Positions 31,243 to 41,719 of a DNA stretch of 64,000 nt are shown one piece after another. Both the position numbers and the translations under genes were made by a program. This DNA is from Nitrosarchaeum sp. (GTDB lineage Archaea; Thermoproteota; Nitrososphaeria; Nitrososphaerales; Nitrosopumilaceae), in the NCBI GenBank assembly GCA_965223865.1, contig OZ245020.1:1632001-1696000 (forward strand), given 5' to 3'. Position 1 is the stretch's first letter; each line of letters opens with the position of its first letter. The notes below the pieces were generated by a model. That model was not told where the DNA came from and searched no databases. It saw nothing but the letters and a program-made list of their open reading frames with translations.

Positions 31243-31386
31243 TTATTTTGTAGCTTTTCGAAGTATCTCATTTATGACATGTGAAAAACTCACATTTTTG
31301 TCTGATTTTCTAATCTGTTCTGACTGAGTTTTCCTTAACTTAGATACCAAGCCATCATCTAACATTATAGTTACTCTTTTTGCCAT
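31243..31386 (-). CDS. 47-aa ribbon-helix-helix-like microprotein, copy 2 (not in ORF track)
   Basis: MAKRVTIMLDDGLVSKLRKTQSEQIRKSDKNVSFSHVINEILRKATK; 37/47 identical to 19054-19197. Confidence 0.8.
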   Translation of the reverse strand: MAKRVTIMLDDGLVSKLRKTQSEQIRKSDKNVSFSHVINEILRKATK

Positions 31387-31631
31387 ATGTGTTAAATGAG
31401 TTATTTATTGTATTAATATGATCTGACTATTAGAAGGCTAGAAACTATTTCTTCATATGTTGTACAAAAGGATACAGTTCATCCTTGTGTGGTGTTTGGC
31501 AAAGAAAATTAATTATTGGGAATTAGAATAATACTGAAGGTAATTTGTCTTTTAATTCTTTAAATAGATTTTAAACTATTTTGGAAGTAAGAAACGTTAG
31601 CAATAAATCAAAGATAGTAATTGTATTTTAC

Positions 31632-31922
31632 ATGGATGAGTTAGAACACAAATATGAAGTTGACATAAATGAAACTGAAAAAAGACAAAGATTACCAGAC
31701 GCAGTAAAAACAGAATTAAAAGAAACAGGCATGATGGATGACAAGGGTAAATTAAAACTAAAAGGAGTCAGTCCAAAGATGCTAAAAAGAATGAAACAAG
31801 AATATGTAGATTGTCCTGTTCTTAAAGAAGATATTCAATTTATTCAGTGTTTTATATGTCCGAATTTCCAAAGCAGAGTAACAGGCAAAGTTCTCTGTAA
31901 AGGTGATGACTTAAAGTTATAG
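31632..31922 (+). CDS. Hypothetical Cys-rich protein
   Basis: VDCP...CFICPNF...VLC, a possible metal site; likely start MDELE. Confidence 0.75.
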   Translation: MDELEHKYEVDINETEKRQRLPDAVKTELKETGMMDDKGKLKLKGVSPKMLKRMKQEYVDCPVLKEDIQFIQCFICPNFQSRVTGKVLCKGDDLKL

Positions 31923-31975
31923 TTGAAAATTGTCCACGAAAGGCTCATTAGTAAAATATTTCTTGGAATTCTAGT

Positions 31976-33418
31976 TTGAGTAAGCAAGACATAGGAATAA
32001 CTGTTTCAAAAGATGATGATTTTAGTGATTGGTATACACAAGTTGTACTAAAGGCAGAGCTTGCTGATTATGCGCCGGTAAAGGGATTAATTGTTCTAAG
32101 ACCAGATGGATATTCCATATGGGAATCATTACGAAATACCTTTGATCAAAAGTTTTCACAAAATGGAATAAGAAATGGATTTCTTCCTGTATTAATTCCA
32201 GAGTCATTATTAGGTAAAGAACAAAAACATTTTGCAGGATTCAACCCCGAAGTATTTTGGGTTACTCATTCAGGAGAAAATGAAGTGGGGGATAAACTTG
32301 CATTAAGGCCCACATCTGAGACTTTGGCATATACGTTATATTCAAAATGGATTCAAAGTTGGAGAGATCTTCCATTAAAAATTAATTTTTGGAATACAGC
32401 TTTAAGAGCTGAAATTAAAGCCACCAAACCATTTCTTAGGACATCAGAATTCTTGTGGCAAGAAGGGCACACAGTACACACTACACAAGAAGAAGCAGAA
32501 GAAGAAGTAATGAAAATTTTAGAAATTTACAAAAATACCGTAGAGGGTGAACTGGCAATTCCAGTCATAACAGGTAAAAAAAGTGAGAAAGAAAAATTTG
32601 TTGGTGCAGTATACACTACTACAATGGAGTCTATCATGCCAGATGGAAAAGCGCTACAAATGGGAACATCACATTTTCTTGGACAAAACTTTTCGATTCC
32701 ATTTGAAGTAAAATTTGCAGATAAAGACAATGTGGAACATTTTGCATGGCAAACATCATGGGGAGTTTCATGGAGATTAATTGGAGCCATGATAATGATT
32801 CATGGAGATGATAAAGGTCTTGTATTGCCACCTAAAGTGGCACCAATTCAAGTAGTAGTTGTACCTATTTACAAATCTGAAGAAACAAAGGAGCAAGTAA
32901 CTCAAAAAGCAAAGGAAATTCAAGAAGAATTAAAATCAACGAATATCCGTGCTCATGTGGATCAAAGAAGTGAATTAACCCCAGGATACAAATTCAATGA
33001 TTGGGAATTAAAAGGAGTACCAATTAGAATTGAAATTGGACCTAAAGATATTGAAAAACAAAGTGTCGTGGTAGCAAAAAGACACAATAAGGAAAAAATT
33101 AGCCTTCCGTTTGTTGAAATTAAAAACATCAGCACAATGCTAGATGAAATTCAAATAGACATGTTTACTACAGCAAGAGAACAGAGTAGGAAAAATTCAA
33201 TTGAAATTTCTGACTATTCAGAATTTAAATCAAAAATTGAAGAAGGTGGATTTTTCAAATCTCATTGGTGTGGCAAGCAAGAATGTGAGGAAAAGATCAA
33301 AGAAGAAACAAGTGCAGACATTAGAGTCATACCATTTGAGTCAGAGGATACATCTGGTAAATGCATCTATTGCCAAGAACAGAGTATATCCAAGCCAATT
33401 TTTGCTAGAGGGTACTAA
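31976..33418 (+). CDS. proS: Proline--tRNA ligase (archaeal/eukaryotic type)
   Basis: FSDWY, LRPTSET, FLRTSEFLWQEGHT, QTSWGVSWR, C-terminal FARGY. Confidence 0.97.
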   Translation: MSKQDIGITVSKDDDFSDWYTQVVLKAELADYAPVKGLIVLRPDGYSIWESLRNTFDQKFSQNGIRNGFLPVLIPESLLGKEQKHFAGFNPEVFWVTHSGENEVGDKLALRPTSETLAYTLYSKWIQSWRDLPLKINFWNTALRAEIKATKPFLRTSEFLWQEGHTVHTTQEEAEEEVMKILEIYKNTVEGELAIPVITGKKSEKEKFVGAVYTTTMESIMPDGKALQMGTSHFLGQNFSIPFEVKFADKDNVEHFAWQTSWGVSWRLIGAMIMIHGDDKGLVLPPKVAPIQVVVVPIYKSEETKEQVTQKAKEIQEELKSTNIRAHVDQRSELTPGYKFNDWELKGVPIRIEIGPKDIEKQSVVVAKRHNKEKISLPFVEIKNISTMLDEIQIDMFTTAREQSRKNSIEISDYSEFKSKIEEGGFFKSHWCGKQECEEKIKEETSADIRVIPFESEDTSGKCIYCQEQSISKPIFARGY

Positions 33419-33420
33419 TT

Positions 33421-33783
33421 TTAAGTGATTGAACAGATTTCCTGAATTTTTTTGGCCGTATCATCAATATTGACATCAGGATTAGCCGAAACAAAGAGTA
33501 CCTTGTCATCTACCAGAAAGGTCATCATTACTACATTTTTTCTTCTAGCAGCAGCATAGCTGACAGGTCCCAGATTTTCATCAAATTCTTGTCTTGTTCT
33601 TATTCTCAATACAGCTTCCATGAACATTTTTCTTCTTTCATTTTCATTTTTTAGTGGAATAATTCCATCTTTGAATTTACCTTCAACAAGATTCCCCATC
33701 ATGTCTAAAAAGCCAGCAAACCGAATTTCAGGTTCTTTTATTAGAGATTCACATTTTTGAACATACTTCTCATTTTCATTCAT
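33421..33783 (-). CDS. Thaumarchaeal roadblock-like protein (DUF6659-like)
   Basis: IRFAGFLDMMGNLVEG...EFDENLGPVSYAAARR pattern of a multicopy thaumarchaeal family. Confidence 0.7.
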   Translation of the reverse strand: MNENEKYVQKCESLIKEPEIRFAGFLDMMGNLVEGKFKDGIIPLKNENERRKMFMEAVLRIRTRQEFDENLGPVSYAAARRKNVVMMTFLVDDKVLFVSANPDVNIDDTAKKIQEICSIT

Positions 33784-33883
33784 ATTTCGAATATGATGAA
33801 TCATGATAAATACAATATATTGATTCCCAATCATGAGAGGATAAGGGTCAGATATAATAATGAAGAAAAGTGCAATTTTCTAA

Positions 33884-35194
33884 TTGACTAGCAATCCTGA
33901 GCTTGAAAACAAAAAACCATTGTTAGACCAGTTTAGAGAAACAAGAAAAAGAACATCTGAACTAGTAAAAACTTTAGAGAAAGATGATTTTGTAGTTCAG
34001 ACAGCGTTTTTTATGAGCCCACCAAAATGGCATGTTGGTCATGTGAGTTGGATTTATGAGGCAATCATGAGCAAGATTGACAAAAATTATGAATTTTACT
34101 CTAAAGAATTTTCGGAGTATCTAAATTCGTATTATCAGCAATTCGGAGTACCACATGATAAAGGATTACGAGGAATTATTTCAAGACCAACAGTAGATCA
34201 AATTTTTCAATATTTTAATACCATCAATCAAAGGGTAGAGAAATTCATTGAATCACAAATTCTGAGTGAAGATGAAAAAAGGTTAATCACGATGGGCTTT
34301 CATCATGAATGTCAACATCAAGAACTTTTAGTTTATGATTTACAACACTTACTTGCTGAACAATACAGACCAACTAGGAAAAACAAAATGCCAAATTCCT
34401 CAGCTATAGAACAAAAGTCAGTTAAAGTGAAAGGAGGTCTATTCACAGTAGGATATAATGGAAAAGACTATTGTTATGATATTGAATTACCAGAACATAA
34501 AGTATACTTGAATGATTTCAAAATAGATATTTTTCCAATTACAAATGAACAATATATTGAATTTATCAATGATGGTGGGTATGAAACCTACAAGTACTGG
34601 CTTTCAGACGGTTGGGAAAAAGTAAAGAAAAACAAATGGAGAGCCCCAATGTATTGGGAGAAATCAGATGGAAGGTGGAAAAAGAGAGATTTTCTAGGAA
34701 TTAGAGAAATTAATCTAAAAGAACCAGTTTGCCATGTAAGCTATTATGAAGCAGATGCATATTGCAAATGGGCAGGAAAGAGACTTCCAACAGAAGCAGA
34801 ATGGGAAAAAGCAGCATGCTGGAATGAAGAAAAACAAGTAAAAACAATTTTTCCGTGGGGAAATGAAAATCCAACAGAACAAAAATGCAATCTTTTAGAA
34901 TCATATCTTTGGGGATGCACTGAGATTGGAGCATATTCAACAGGTAAAAGTCAATCAGGATGTTATAATATGATAGGAGATGTATGGGAGTGGACATCAT
35001 CAGAATTTACTGGGTATCCTGGATTCAAAACAGGCTTTGATGAGTATAATGACAAGTGGTTTACAAATCAAAAAGTATTACGTGGTGGATCCTTTGGAAC
35101 GCCTCAAATGTCTATTCGAGGAAGTTATAGAAACTTTTTCAGACTAGATGAAAGATGGTTATTTTCGGGATTTAGATGTGCCCAAGACATATAG
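33884..35194 (+). CDS. egtB: Ergothioneine biosynthesis sulfoxide synthase
   Basis: DinB-like N-domain (SPPKWHVGH, HECQHQELL) plus FGE-sulfatase domain (RLPTEAEWEKA, GDVWEWT, VLRGGS, FSGFRC); adjacent to egtD. Confidence 0.92.
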   Translation: MTSNPELENKKPLLDQFRETRKRTSELVKTLEKDDFVVQTAFFMSPPKWHVGHVSWIYEAIMSKIDKNYEFYSKEFSEYLNSYYQQFGVPHDKGLRGIISRPTVDQIFQYFNTINQRVEKFIESQILSEDEKRLITMGFHHECQHQELLVYDLQHLLAEQYRPTRKNKMPNSSAIEQKSVKVKGGLFTVGYNGKDYCYDIELPEHKVYLNDFKIDIFPITNEQYIEFINDGGYETYKYWLSDGWEKVKKNKWRAPMYWEKSDGRWKKRDFLGIREINLKEPVCHVSYYEADAYCKWAGKRLPTEAEWEKAACWNEEKQVKTIFPWGNENPTEQKCNLLESYLWGCTEIGAYSTGKSQSGCYNMIGDVWEWTSSEFTGYPGFKTGFDEYNDKWFTNQKVLRGGSFGTPQMSIRGSYRNFFRLDERWLFSGFRCAQDI

Positions 35195-35197
35195 AGA

Positions 35198-36220
35198 TTA
35201 TTTTTTTGAACCTAATGTCAAAGCAAAAAGATTGTTTTGATCAAGCCAAATATTTCTAATATCAAAACCAGATGTTCTTAGTAATTCTTTAATTTGAACT
35301 AGTTGGTATTTGTAAGAATACTCTGTATGAATTAATTCATTTTTTTGTAATTGTATTGTAAGATTTAATTTTGAAATTATTATTGATTGCTTTACAAGAG
35401 ATTTCAAATACATTTCGATTCTTTGTTCTTTTTCATTATAAACTACATAATGATTAAAATTTGTCAAATCAAAATCGGCATCTAGCTCATCATTAATTCT
35501 AGATAACACATTTAGATTAAACTCAGCTGTGATGCCTTCTGAATCATCATATGCTTTTTCTAAAATGGATTTTCTTTTAACTAAATCAAGCCCAATTAAA
35601 AAAAGATCACCATGTTTCATAGTAGAATTAATTTTTTCCAAGAATTTTTTTCCTTCTGCAGGTGAGAAATTACCAAAACTAGATCCTAAAAAGAGAATAA
35701 GATTTTTTTTATTATCAAAGTTTTCAATAAACTCCAATCCTTCCTCGTATGTATCAACAATACCAGTAATTGAGAGATTCTCATAATCTTTTAAGAGAAT
35801 TTCAGAACTTTCAGTCAGGATTTCAGAGATATCTATTGGAAAATATTCTATCTTATCAAAAATTTTATCAAAGATATCCAAAATTAGCCTCGTTTTAACT
35901 GAAGAGCCACTACCTAACTCTACAATTCTAAAAGAATCATCGATAAAAAGCGATAATTCCTCATGTAATGTTTTTAGAATAGAAATTTCTGTTCTAGTAG
36001 GATAATATTCATCTAATGAACAAATTCTTTCAAATAAATCAGAACCTTTCTTGTCATAGAAAAATTTTGGACTAATAAATTTAGGGTTTTGTGTTAAACT
36101 ATAAGAGATTTCTTCGGCAAAACTTTTTTCAATTTTTGTAGCATGGGGTTTAAAATATTGTAATCTAGAATCGATGACATATTTTTTATAATTTAGATTA
36201 TTTTGAATAGCTCCGCTCAA
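35198..36220 (-). CDS. egtD: L-histidine N-alpha-trimethyltransferase
   Basis: PKFFYDKKGSDLFE, EYYPTRTE, ELGSGS, FLGSSFGN, AYDDSEGITAEFNLN, IHTEYSYKY. Confidence 0.95.
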   Translation of the reverse strand: MSGAIQNNLNYKKYVIDSRLQYFKPHATKIEKSFAEEISYSLTQNPKFISPKFFYDKKGSDLFERICSLDEYYPTRTEISILKTLHEELSLFIDDSFRIVELGSGSSVKTRLILDIFDKIFDKIEYFPIDISEILTESSEILLKDYENLSITGIVDTYEEGLEFIENFDNKKNLILFLGSSFGNFSPAEGKKFLEKINSTMKHGDLFLIGLDLVKRKSILEKAYDDSEGITAEFNLNVLSRINDELDADFDLTNFNHYVVYNEKEQRIEMYLKSLVKQSIIISKLNLTIQLQKNELIHTEYSYKYQLVQIKELLRTSGFDIRNIWLDQNNLFALTLGSKK

Positions 36221-36316
36221 GTATTCAAATAAAATACGCTGAGCTTAAATGTCTTATCCCAAATTTTCTAACGATTCACATATTTCTTGATATAGTCGAA
36301 TGTTGTTGTCAACACA

Positions 36317-37282
36317 TTGAGTGAAATATTAAAAGTTAAACATTTACGCAAATTTTTTGTTAAAAAAGGAATTTTTAGTTCACAAGTAGTAACTGTAAAA
36401 GCTACAGATGATGTTACATTTTCATTAAAAAAAGGTGAAGTGTTTGTTTTAGCAGGAGAGTCAGGATCTGGAAAATCAACAATTGCTAAACTAATTTTAA
36501 AATCAATAGATGCAGATTCAGGAGACATTATTTTTGATAATCAAAAAATCAGAAATGATAAAGAAAGTTTAGAGAAAATTAGAATGGACTGTCAAATGAT
36601 TCATCAAGATCCATATGATTCTATCAATCCACGAATGAAAGTTGGAGATATTATTTTAGAGCCTTTGGAGATTCATAATGTTGGCACCAAACAAGAAAGA
36701 CAAAATAGAGTTACAGAGGTTCTACATGAAGTAAAGCTAGAACCAGCTGAAGAAATTGTAAAAAAATTTCCCCACATGTTATCTGGCGGGCAAAGACAAA
36801 GAGTGGTTTTAGCAAGAGCCTTGGCAATAAAGCCTAAGATTATTTTAGCTGACGAGCCTGTGTCAATGCTTGACGTATCGATTAGAGCAGAGATGTTAGA
36901 ATTGATGAAAGAATTACAAAAGAAATATGAAATTTCATTTATCTACATCACACATGATTTAGCTACTGCCAGATATTTTGGTCAAAGAATAGGAATTCTA
37001 TATCTAGGAAAAATTGTAGAGATTGGGCCCATTGATGAGGTACTGCTAAACCCGAGACACCCATACACGCAGGCATTAATTGATGCCATTTCAGAACCAG
37101 ATCCTGAAAATCTTCACAAAGAAATGAAAATTAGAATTAAGGATCCTCCAGATGCAAAAATTACGAAAGGATGTAGATTCCAGCCAAGATGCCCATATGC
37201 ATTTGACAAGTGTAATACAGAGCCAGAACTAGAAGAAAATAATGCAGAGCATTTTGTTGCATGTTATGTAGATTTGGATTAA
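36317..37282 (+). CDS. Oligopeptide/dipeptide ABC transporter ATP-binding subunit
   Basis: GESGSGKST, LSGGQRQR, ADEP, ITHD, HPYTQAL, GCRFQPRCP. Confidence 0.93.
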   Translation: MSEILKVKHLRKFFVKKGIFSSQVVTVKATDDVTFSLKKGEVFVLAGESGSGKSTIAKLILKSIDADSGDIIFDNQKIRNDKESLEKIRMDCQMIHQDPYDSINPRMKVGDIILEPLEIHNVGTKQERQNRVTEVLHEVKLEPAEEIVKKFPHMLSGGQRQRVVLARALAIKPKIILADEPVSMLDVSIRAEMLELMKELQKKYEISFIYITHDLATARYFGQRIGILYLGKIVEIGPIDEVLLNPRHPYTQALIDAISEPDPENLHKEMKIRIKDPPDAKITKGCRFQPRCPYAFDKCNTEPELEENNAEHFVACYVDLD

Positions 37283-40200
37283 GATGTCTTTACTGATGGA
37301 ACCCGCTTGTCATTGTACGTTACTACATGGGAAACTCCATTTTTTGGATATACACCATAAATCAGTTTAGCTTTTTGTACAACAGAGTCTTTTAGTGACA
37401 CCATAATGAATTGGCTTTCCTTTGCTCTTTCTTCTAATATAGTGGATAATTTTTCAGAGTTTGGTGCATCAAGATGTGCATCAACTTCATCAAATAGATA
37501 GAATGGAGATGGTTTTAGTTTTTGAAGTGCAAGAACAAACACAATTGCAGCCAAAGTCTTTTCACCACCGCTAATCGATGTCGATTCTCGTTTTGGTTTG
37601 TTTGGGAATTGAATTAAATAAGATATTCCAGAATTAAAAATATCGTCTTCGTTTTGCAGTTCAAGCCAAGCATTTCCTCCAGTCATCTTATTGAAGATTA
37701 AACGAATTTCTTTGTCAACCTTATCAAATGCATCTAGAAATGTTTGGCGTTTGTCTTTTTCTATGTTTTCAATGAATTTTACAATAGAATTTCGTTCCTC
37801 TTCTAGTGAATTTTTACGCGTGGACATTGAGCGATATCCATAAGAAATCTCAAGATAGGTTTCAGGAGCTTTGGCATTGAGTGCATTCAAAGAATTAAGA
37901 TCAGTTGTCAGCCCTTGTACAATTGGTTCAACATCAAATGTTTCCATGTTTTTAGCAAATCCAAATGCAGATAAGATCTGACGTAATTTTGATTCGCTCT
38001 CATTTAGATCATGTAAATCACGATTTAAAGAATCAGAGTGTCGTTCTAGAGAATTGACCCGTTTTGTGAACTCTTTATCTTTATCAGTAAGAACCTTGAG
38101 TTTTTCATCGTATTCTTTTAATTTTCCTATAGAAGAGCCAGAAGTAGAAATCAATTCTTGTTCTTTTTCTCTTAGTTTCACTAATGTTTGACTTTTGAGC
38201 TCTTTTTCTTTTTCAAGAGTATTGATTTTGGTTTGTAGTTCTTCACGTTGTGAAATAAGAGAAGATTCTTCTTCATGAAGACTGTTGGCATGTGATTTTT
38301 CCCTATTTTCTTCAGTGTGTAAAGAGGTCAAATTAGAGGATTTGTCTCGATACTCGTTCATTATTACAGTATACTGTTTTTCAATTTCGGATTTTTTTTC
38401 ATTAATTTTAGATAGTTGATTTGCAATACGGGTTTGTTCCCCACTTGCATAATTTTCTTCAACTATTGCAATTCTTTCATTCAGAGATTCGATATGAGAC
38501 TCGTAAGTAGTTATTTCAACTGGAAGGTTACTATTTTTTTTATTTAATTCAGAAATTCTTTTAGAAAGTTGTTCCTTCATTTTAATGGCAGAGGAGATTC
38601 TTGATTTTAGATTAGAATAATTCTCATCAGTTGAAGCAAATCCCTTTTCTGATATTGAAAGCCTTTCCACATAGCTATGAATTGAACCTTCTATTTTCTT
38701 CAAAGAGTGTTTTTTCTTTAACACATATTTTTTCAGTAGGCTAATTGAATGAAGGAGTCCTTCAATATCTGTACTCATTGAGATGATTTTTGTTAATTTT
38801 GAGATTTTTGAGTTAATATCAATGATAATTGCACCGCCTTTAGCCTCAAAATACTCTCCATTTATGGTCACTGCCTTGTAGCCAAGTTTTGATATTCTAT
38901 GTGCTGCCTCTTGAGTTTCAGTTAAGATCACATTACCAAACAAAAATGTCTTTAGTGCAGAATATTTTTCGTTACATTTTACATAATCAGATAAAACTCC
39001 TAAAACGGCAGGATCTTTTGGGAGGTTCAATTTGAATTTAGGAATTGCATCAAAAGGGATAATTTTCAGTTTAGGCAAATTTTTAGAGCGAACAACTTCA
39101 GCGATACTAAGCAAAGTTGCAAAGTCTTGAACAACAATTGATTTAATCCAATCAGAACTTGCTGCAAGTATAGGACGTTCATACTTTTTGTCCCAAGAAA
39201 TCATCTCATAGACTAGTCCAACGATTCCAAGTTTTTCAGCATCTTCTTTTAATTTAGCAATTGTATAATCTTCATGCATAATTCCTTTGACAGTTTTAAT
39301 TTTTGTTTCATATTGTGCTGCAGCTTTGCTAGATTTTTCTAAAATTAAATCGAGTTCTTCAATATCATGAAGAGTTTTAGATTTTTTATGATTTAATTTT
39401 GTAATTCTTGTTTTGAGTTCCTTAATAGTTGCATTATGATTATTGAGAATAGATTCTAATCTTATTTTTAGGTTTGATAGTTTCTCGATGTCTAATTCTA
39501 ATTCAGTTAATTTTGAGGCGTTAAATTTTACTTTGGCATCTAACTCTTCTTTTTCGTGTTCGGCCTTCGATAATTTTAATTTTACATCATTTATCTGGTT
39601 TGATAGCAATTTTATTTTATCATCTATTTCAGATTTTTTTGATGCAATAGCAGATTGTTCATTTAAAATTTTACTTCTTTCAGAATCGATTAATTCCAAG
39701 TCATCGTTGATTTTTTTCTTTTTAGAATCTGTTTGATCCAAGGTATTTTGGATTTGTTGAATTTTTGATTCAAGCTCCTTGCGAGAGTGCTCAATAGATT
39801 CTAGTTCTGTTTTAATTTCGGGTATTCTTTTATCTATTTGTTGGACCCTTTTAGTTGATGCAACTATTGAGCTATTATCAATTTCATATTGCTCCATTGC
39901 TGCACTTAATTCAGAGTCAATGGCTGCCTTTGCTTGGCTATAATCATCTGCTTGAGCCATAAGTTTTGATTTTTCTGATTCTAACTGAGAGATTTCATTT
40001 CTAATTATGCTTCTTTCTTCCTCAGATTTCTTAATTTCAGAGGAAATATTTGTCAATGTTTCCTCTTTTGTGCATTTTTTACTTGTAACACCCTTGAGTT
40101 TGTTTGCTGCAGCAATTGCTTTGTAACGATTTAATTCACGCTCAAGTAGATCATACCTGAGTTTTTGGTTTCTTTCCTCTTCAAGCTCATCAATTCTTTT

Positions 40201-40803
40201 CTTAATTTCACCCATCTTTGCAAGAGCGATTTCTAATCTTCTATCAGCTTCATCAAGTTGCTTAATAGACTGGGCCTTTTTTTCATCAAAATAGGATAGT
40301 CCAATCAGATCCTCTATTGTTTTTCTTTTTTCTTCAGATGTAAATTCAGAAATTCGAGTAACAGTTCCTTGTTGAACTGCATTTAATTGTCCCAAACCTG
40401 CATTGGCCATATCAAGAAGATCAAGTATGTGACTTCGATTTGTTTTCTTTTTATTTAGATAGTAAGTATTTTCTCCATTTTCATCCATCTCCCTTGTTAT
40501 TTCTACAACATCAGAATCTACTGGAATTTTTCTATCAGAATTATCAAAATGAACACTCGATCTTGCCATTTTTGGACCACGTCTATTTCCTTCTATATCA
40601 TGAATCAGAGAACGTAGTTTGTCTACTCTCATTATTTTTGGTTTATTTTCTCCCATTGCAAAGATGATTGCATCTAAGATGTTACTTTTCCCAGACCCGT
40701 TGGGTCCTGAGATGGAGATCAATCCAGGTTCAAAGTTGACTATAGTATTTTTAAATCCAAATGACTTGAAACCAAAGATCTCAACTTTTTTTACATGAAC
40801 CAA
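37279..40803 (-). CDS. smc: Chromosome segregation protein SMC
   Basis: FKSF, GPNGSGKSN, long coiled coils with central hinge, SGGEKT, FDEVDAHLD. Confidence 0.96.
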   Translation of the reverse strand: MVHVKKVEIFGFKSFGFKNTIVNFEPGLISISGPNGSGKSNILDAIIFAMGENKPKIMRVDKLRSLIHDIEGNRRGPKMARSSVHFDNSDRKIPVDSDVVEITREMDENGENTYYLNKKKTNRSHILDLLDMANAGLGQLNAVQQGTVTRISEFTSEEKRKTIEDLIGLSYFDEKKAQSIKQLDEADRRLEIALAKMGEIKKRIDELEEERNQKLRYDLLERELNRYKAIAAANKLKGVTSKKCTKEETLTNISSEIKKSEEERSIIRNEISQLESEKSKLMAQADDYSQAKAAIDSELSAAMEQYEIDNSSIVASTKRVQQIDKRIPEIKTELESIEHSRKELESKIQQIQNTLDQTDSKKKKINDDLELIDSERSKILNEQSAIASKKSEIDDKIKLLSNQINDVKLKLSKAEHEKEELDAKVKFNASKLTELELDIEKLSNLKIRLESILNNHNATIKELKTRITKLNHKKSKTLHDIEELDLILEKSSKAAAQYETKIKTVKGIMHEDYTIAKLKEDAEKLGIVGLVYEMISWDKKYERPILAASSDWIKSIVVQDFATLLSIAEVVRSKNLPKLKIIPFDAIPKFKLNLPKDPAVLGVLSDYVKCNEKYSALKTFLFGNVILTETQEAAHRISKLGYKAVTINGEYFEAKGGAIIIDINSKISKLTKIISMSTDIEGLLHSISLLKKYVLKKKHSLKKIEGSIHSYVERLSISEKGFASTDENYSNLKSRISSAIKMKEQLSKRISELNKKNSNLPVEITTYESHIESLNERIAIVEENYASGEQTRIANQLSKINEKKSEIEKQYTVIMNEYRDKSSNLTSLHTEENREKSHANSLHEEESSLISQREELQTKINTLEKEKELKSQTLVKLREKEQELISTSGSSIGKLKEYDEKLKVLTDKDKEFTKRVNSLERHSDSLNRDLHDLNESESKLRQILSAFGFAKNMETFDVEPIVQGLTTDLNSLNALNAKAPETYLEISYGYRSMSTRKNSLEEERNSIVKFIENIEKDKRQTFLDAFDKVDKEIRLIFNKMTGGNAWLELQNEDDIFNSGISYLIQFPNKPKRESTSISGGEKTLAAIVFVLALQKLKPSPFYLFDEVDAHLDAPNSEKLSTILEERAKESQFIMVSLKDSVVQKAKLIYGVYPKNGVSHVVTYNDKRVPSVKTS

Positions 40804-40978
40804 TGATAATATTTGCCAAATTGGTCGGATAATCGATGGTTAACAAGTTTAGTTGACACAATTGCATAATTTTTCTTGTTACACTATCAAATTTTTCGTA
40901 ATGCACAATTAGAAAGATAAACCTGGTCAATCCAAAAAAATCTCTACCTATAATTATCAAGGATCTCATAAATCATCA

Positions 40979-41716
40979 TTGGTAAAGATAGGCATAATTC
41001 AAACAGGAGCATATAGAACCAACCAAGAAGGCATTAACTCAGTATCAAAATTTTTAAGAAATCTTGGAAAAAAGAAGGCTGAAATTGTTTGTTTACCTGA
41101 GCAATGGCTTAAAGATAACCGAATTTCAGATTTTGATGAAGAATTTTCGGAATTCAAGGATATTGCAAGAAAGTTTTCAATGACCATAATTCCAGGCGCA
41201 TTTTATATGAGAACCAAAAGAAGAATAGCAATTTCAGCTCCAGTTATTGGACCAAAAGGAAAAATCATAGGAATTCAGGATAAAATTCATCCATTTGATT
41301 ACGAGCGAAATTTAGTAGAGCCTGGAAAAGAGGCCAAAATCTTTGATACCTCTTGTAAATTCGGGGTGATAATTTGCTATGACATGGTATTTCCCAGAGT
41401 TGCAAATACACTAGTAAAAAAAGGAGCCCAAGTTTTAGTATCTCCAAGCAGAATTGTCAAGAGAGGCATCAATCCCTGGCAAATGTATGTTCAAGTAAGG
41501 GCTCTGGAGAATCGCGTCCCAATTATTGCAGCAAATGTCAATAATCATAGATTTGGTGGGAATAGTCTCATAATTGATCTTATAGAAAATAACAAAGTAG
41601 TGACACCAAAAATAACTCAATTAAGGGGAGAGAGTGCAACAGCAAAAGAATTCAAGCTATCAAAATACAATCAAATAAGAAAAAAGAGATTCTCAGACAC
41701 TAGAAGTTTCAAATAG
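40979..41716 (+). CDS. Carbon-nitrogen hydrolase (nitrilase superfamily)
   Basis: Catalytic triad motifs LPE, KIH and ICYD; RALEN. Confidence 0.9.
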   Translation: MVKIGIIQTGAYRTNQEGINSVSKFLRNLGKKKAEIVCLPEQWLKDNRISDFDEEFSEFKDIARKFSMTIIPGAFYMRTKRRIAISAPVIGPKGKIIGIQDKIHPFDYERNLVEPGKEAKIFDTSCKFGVIICYDMVFPRVANTLVKKGAQVLVSPSRIVKRGINPWQMYVQVRALENRVPIIAANVNNHRFGGNSLIIDLIENNKVVTPKITQLRGESATAKEFKLSKYNQIRKKRFSDTRSFK

Positions 41717-41719
41717 AAG

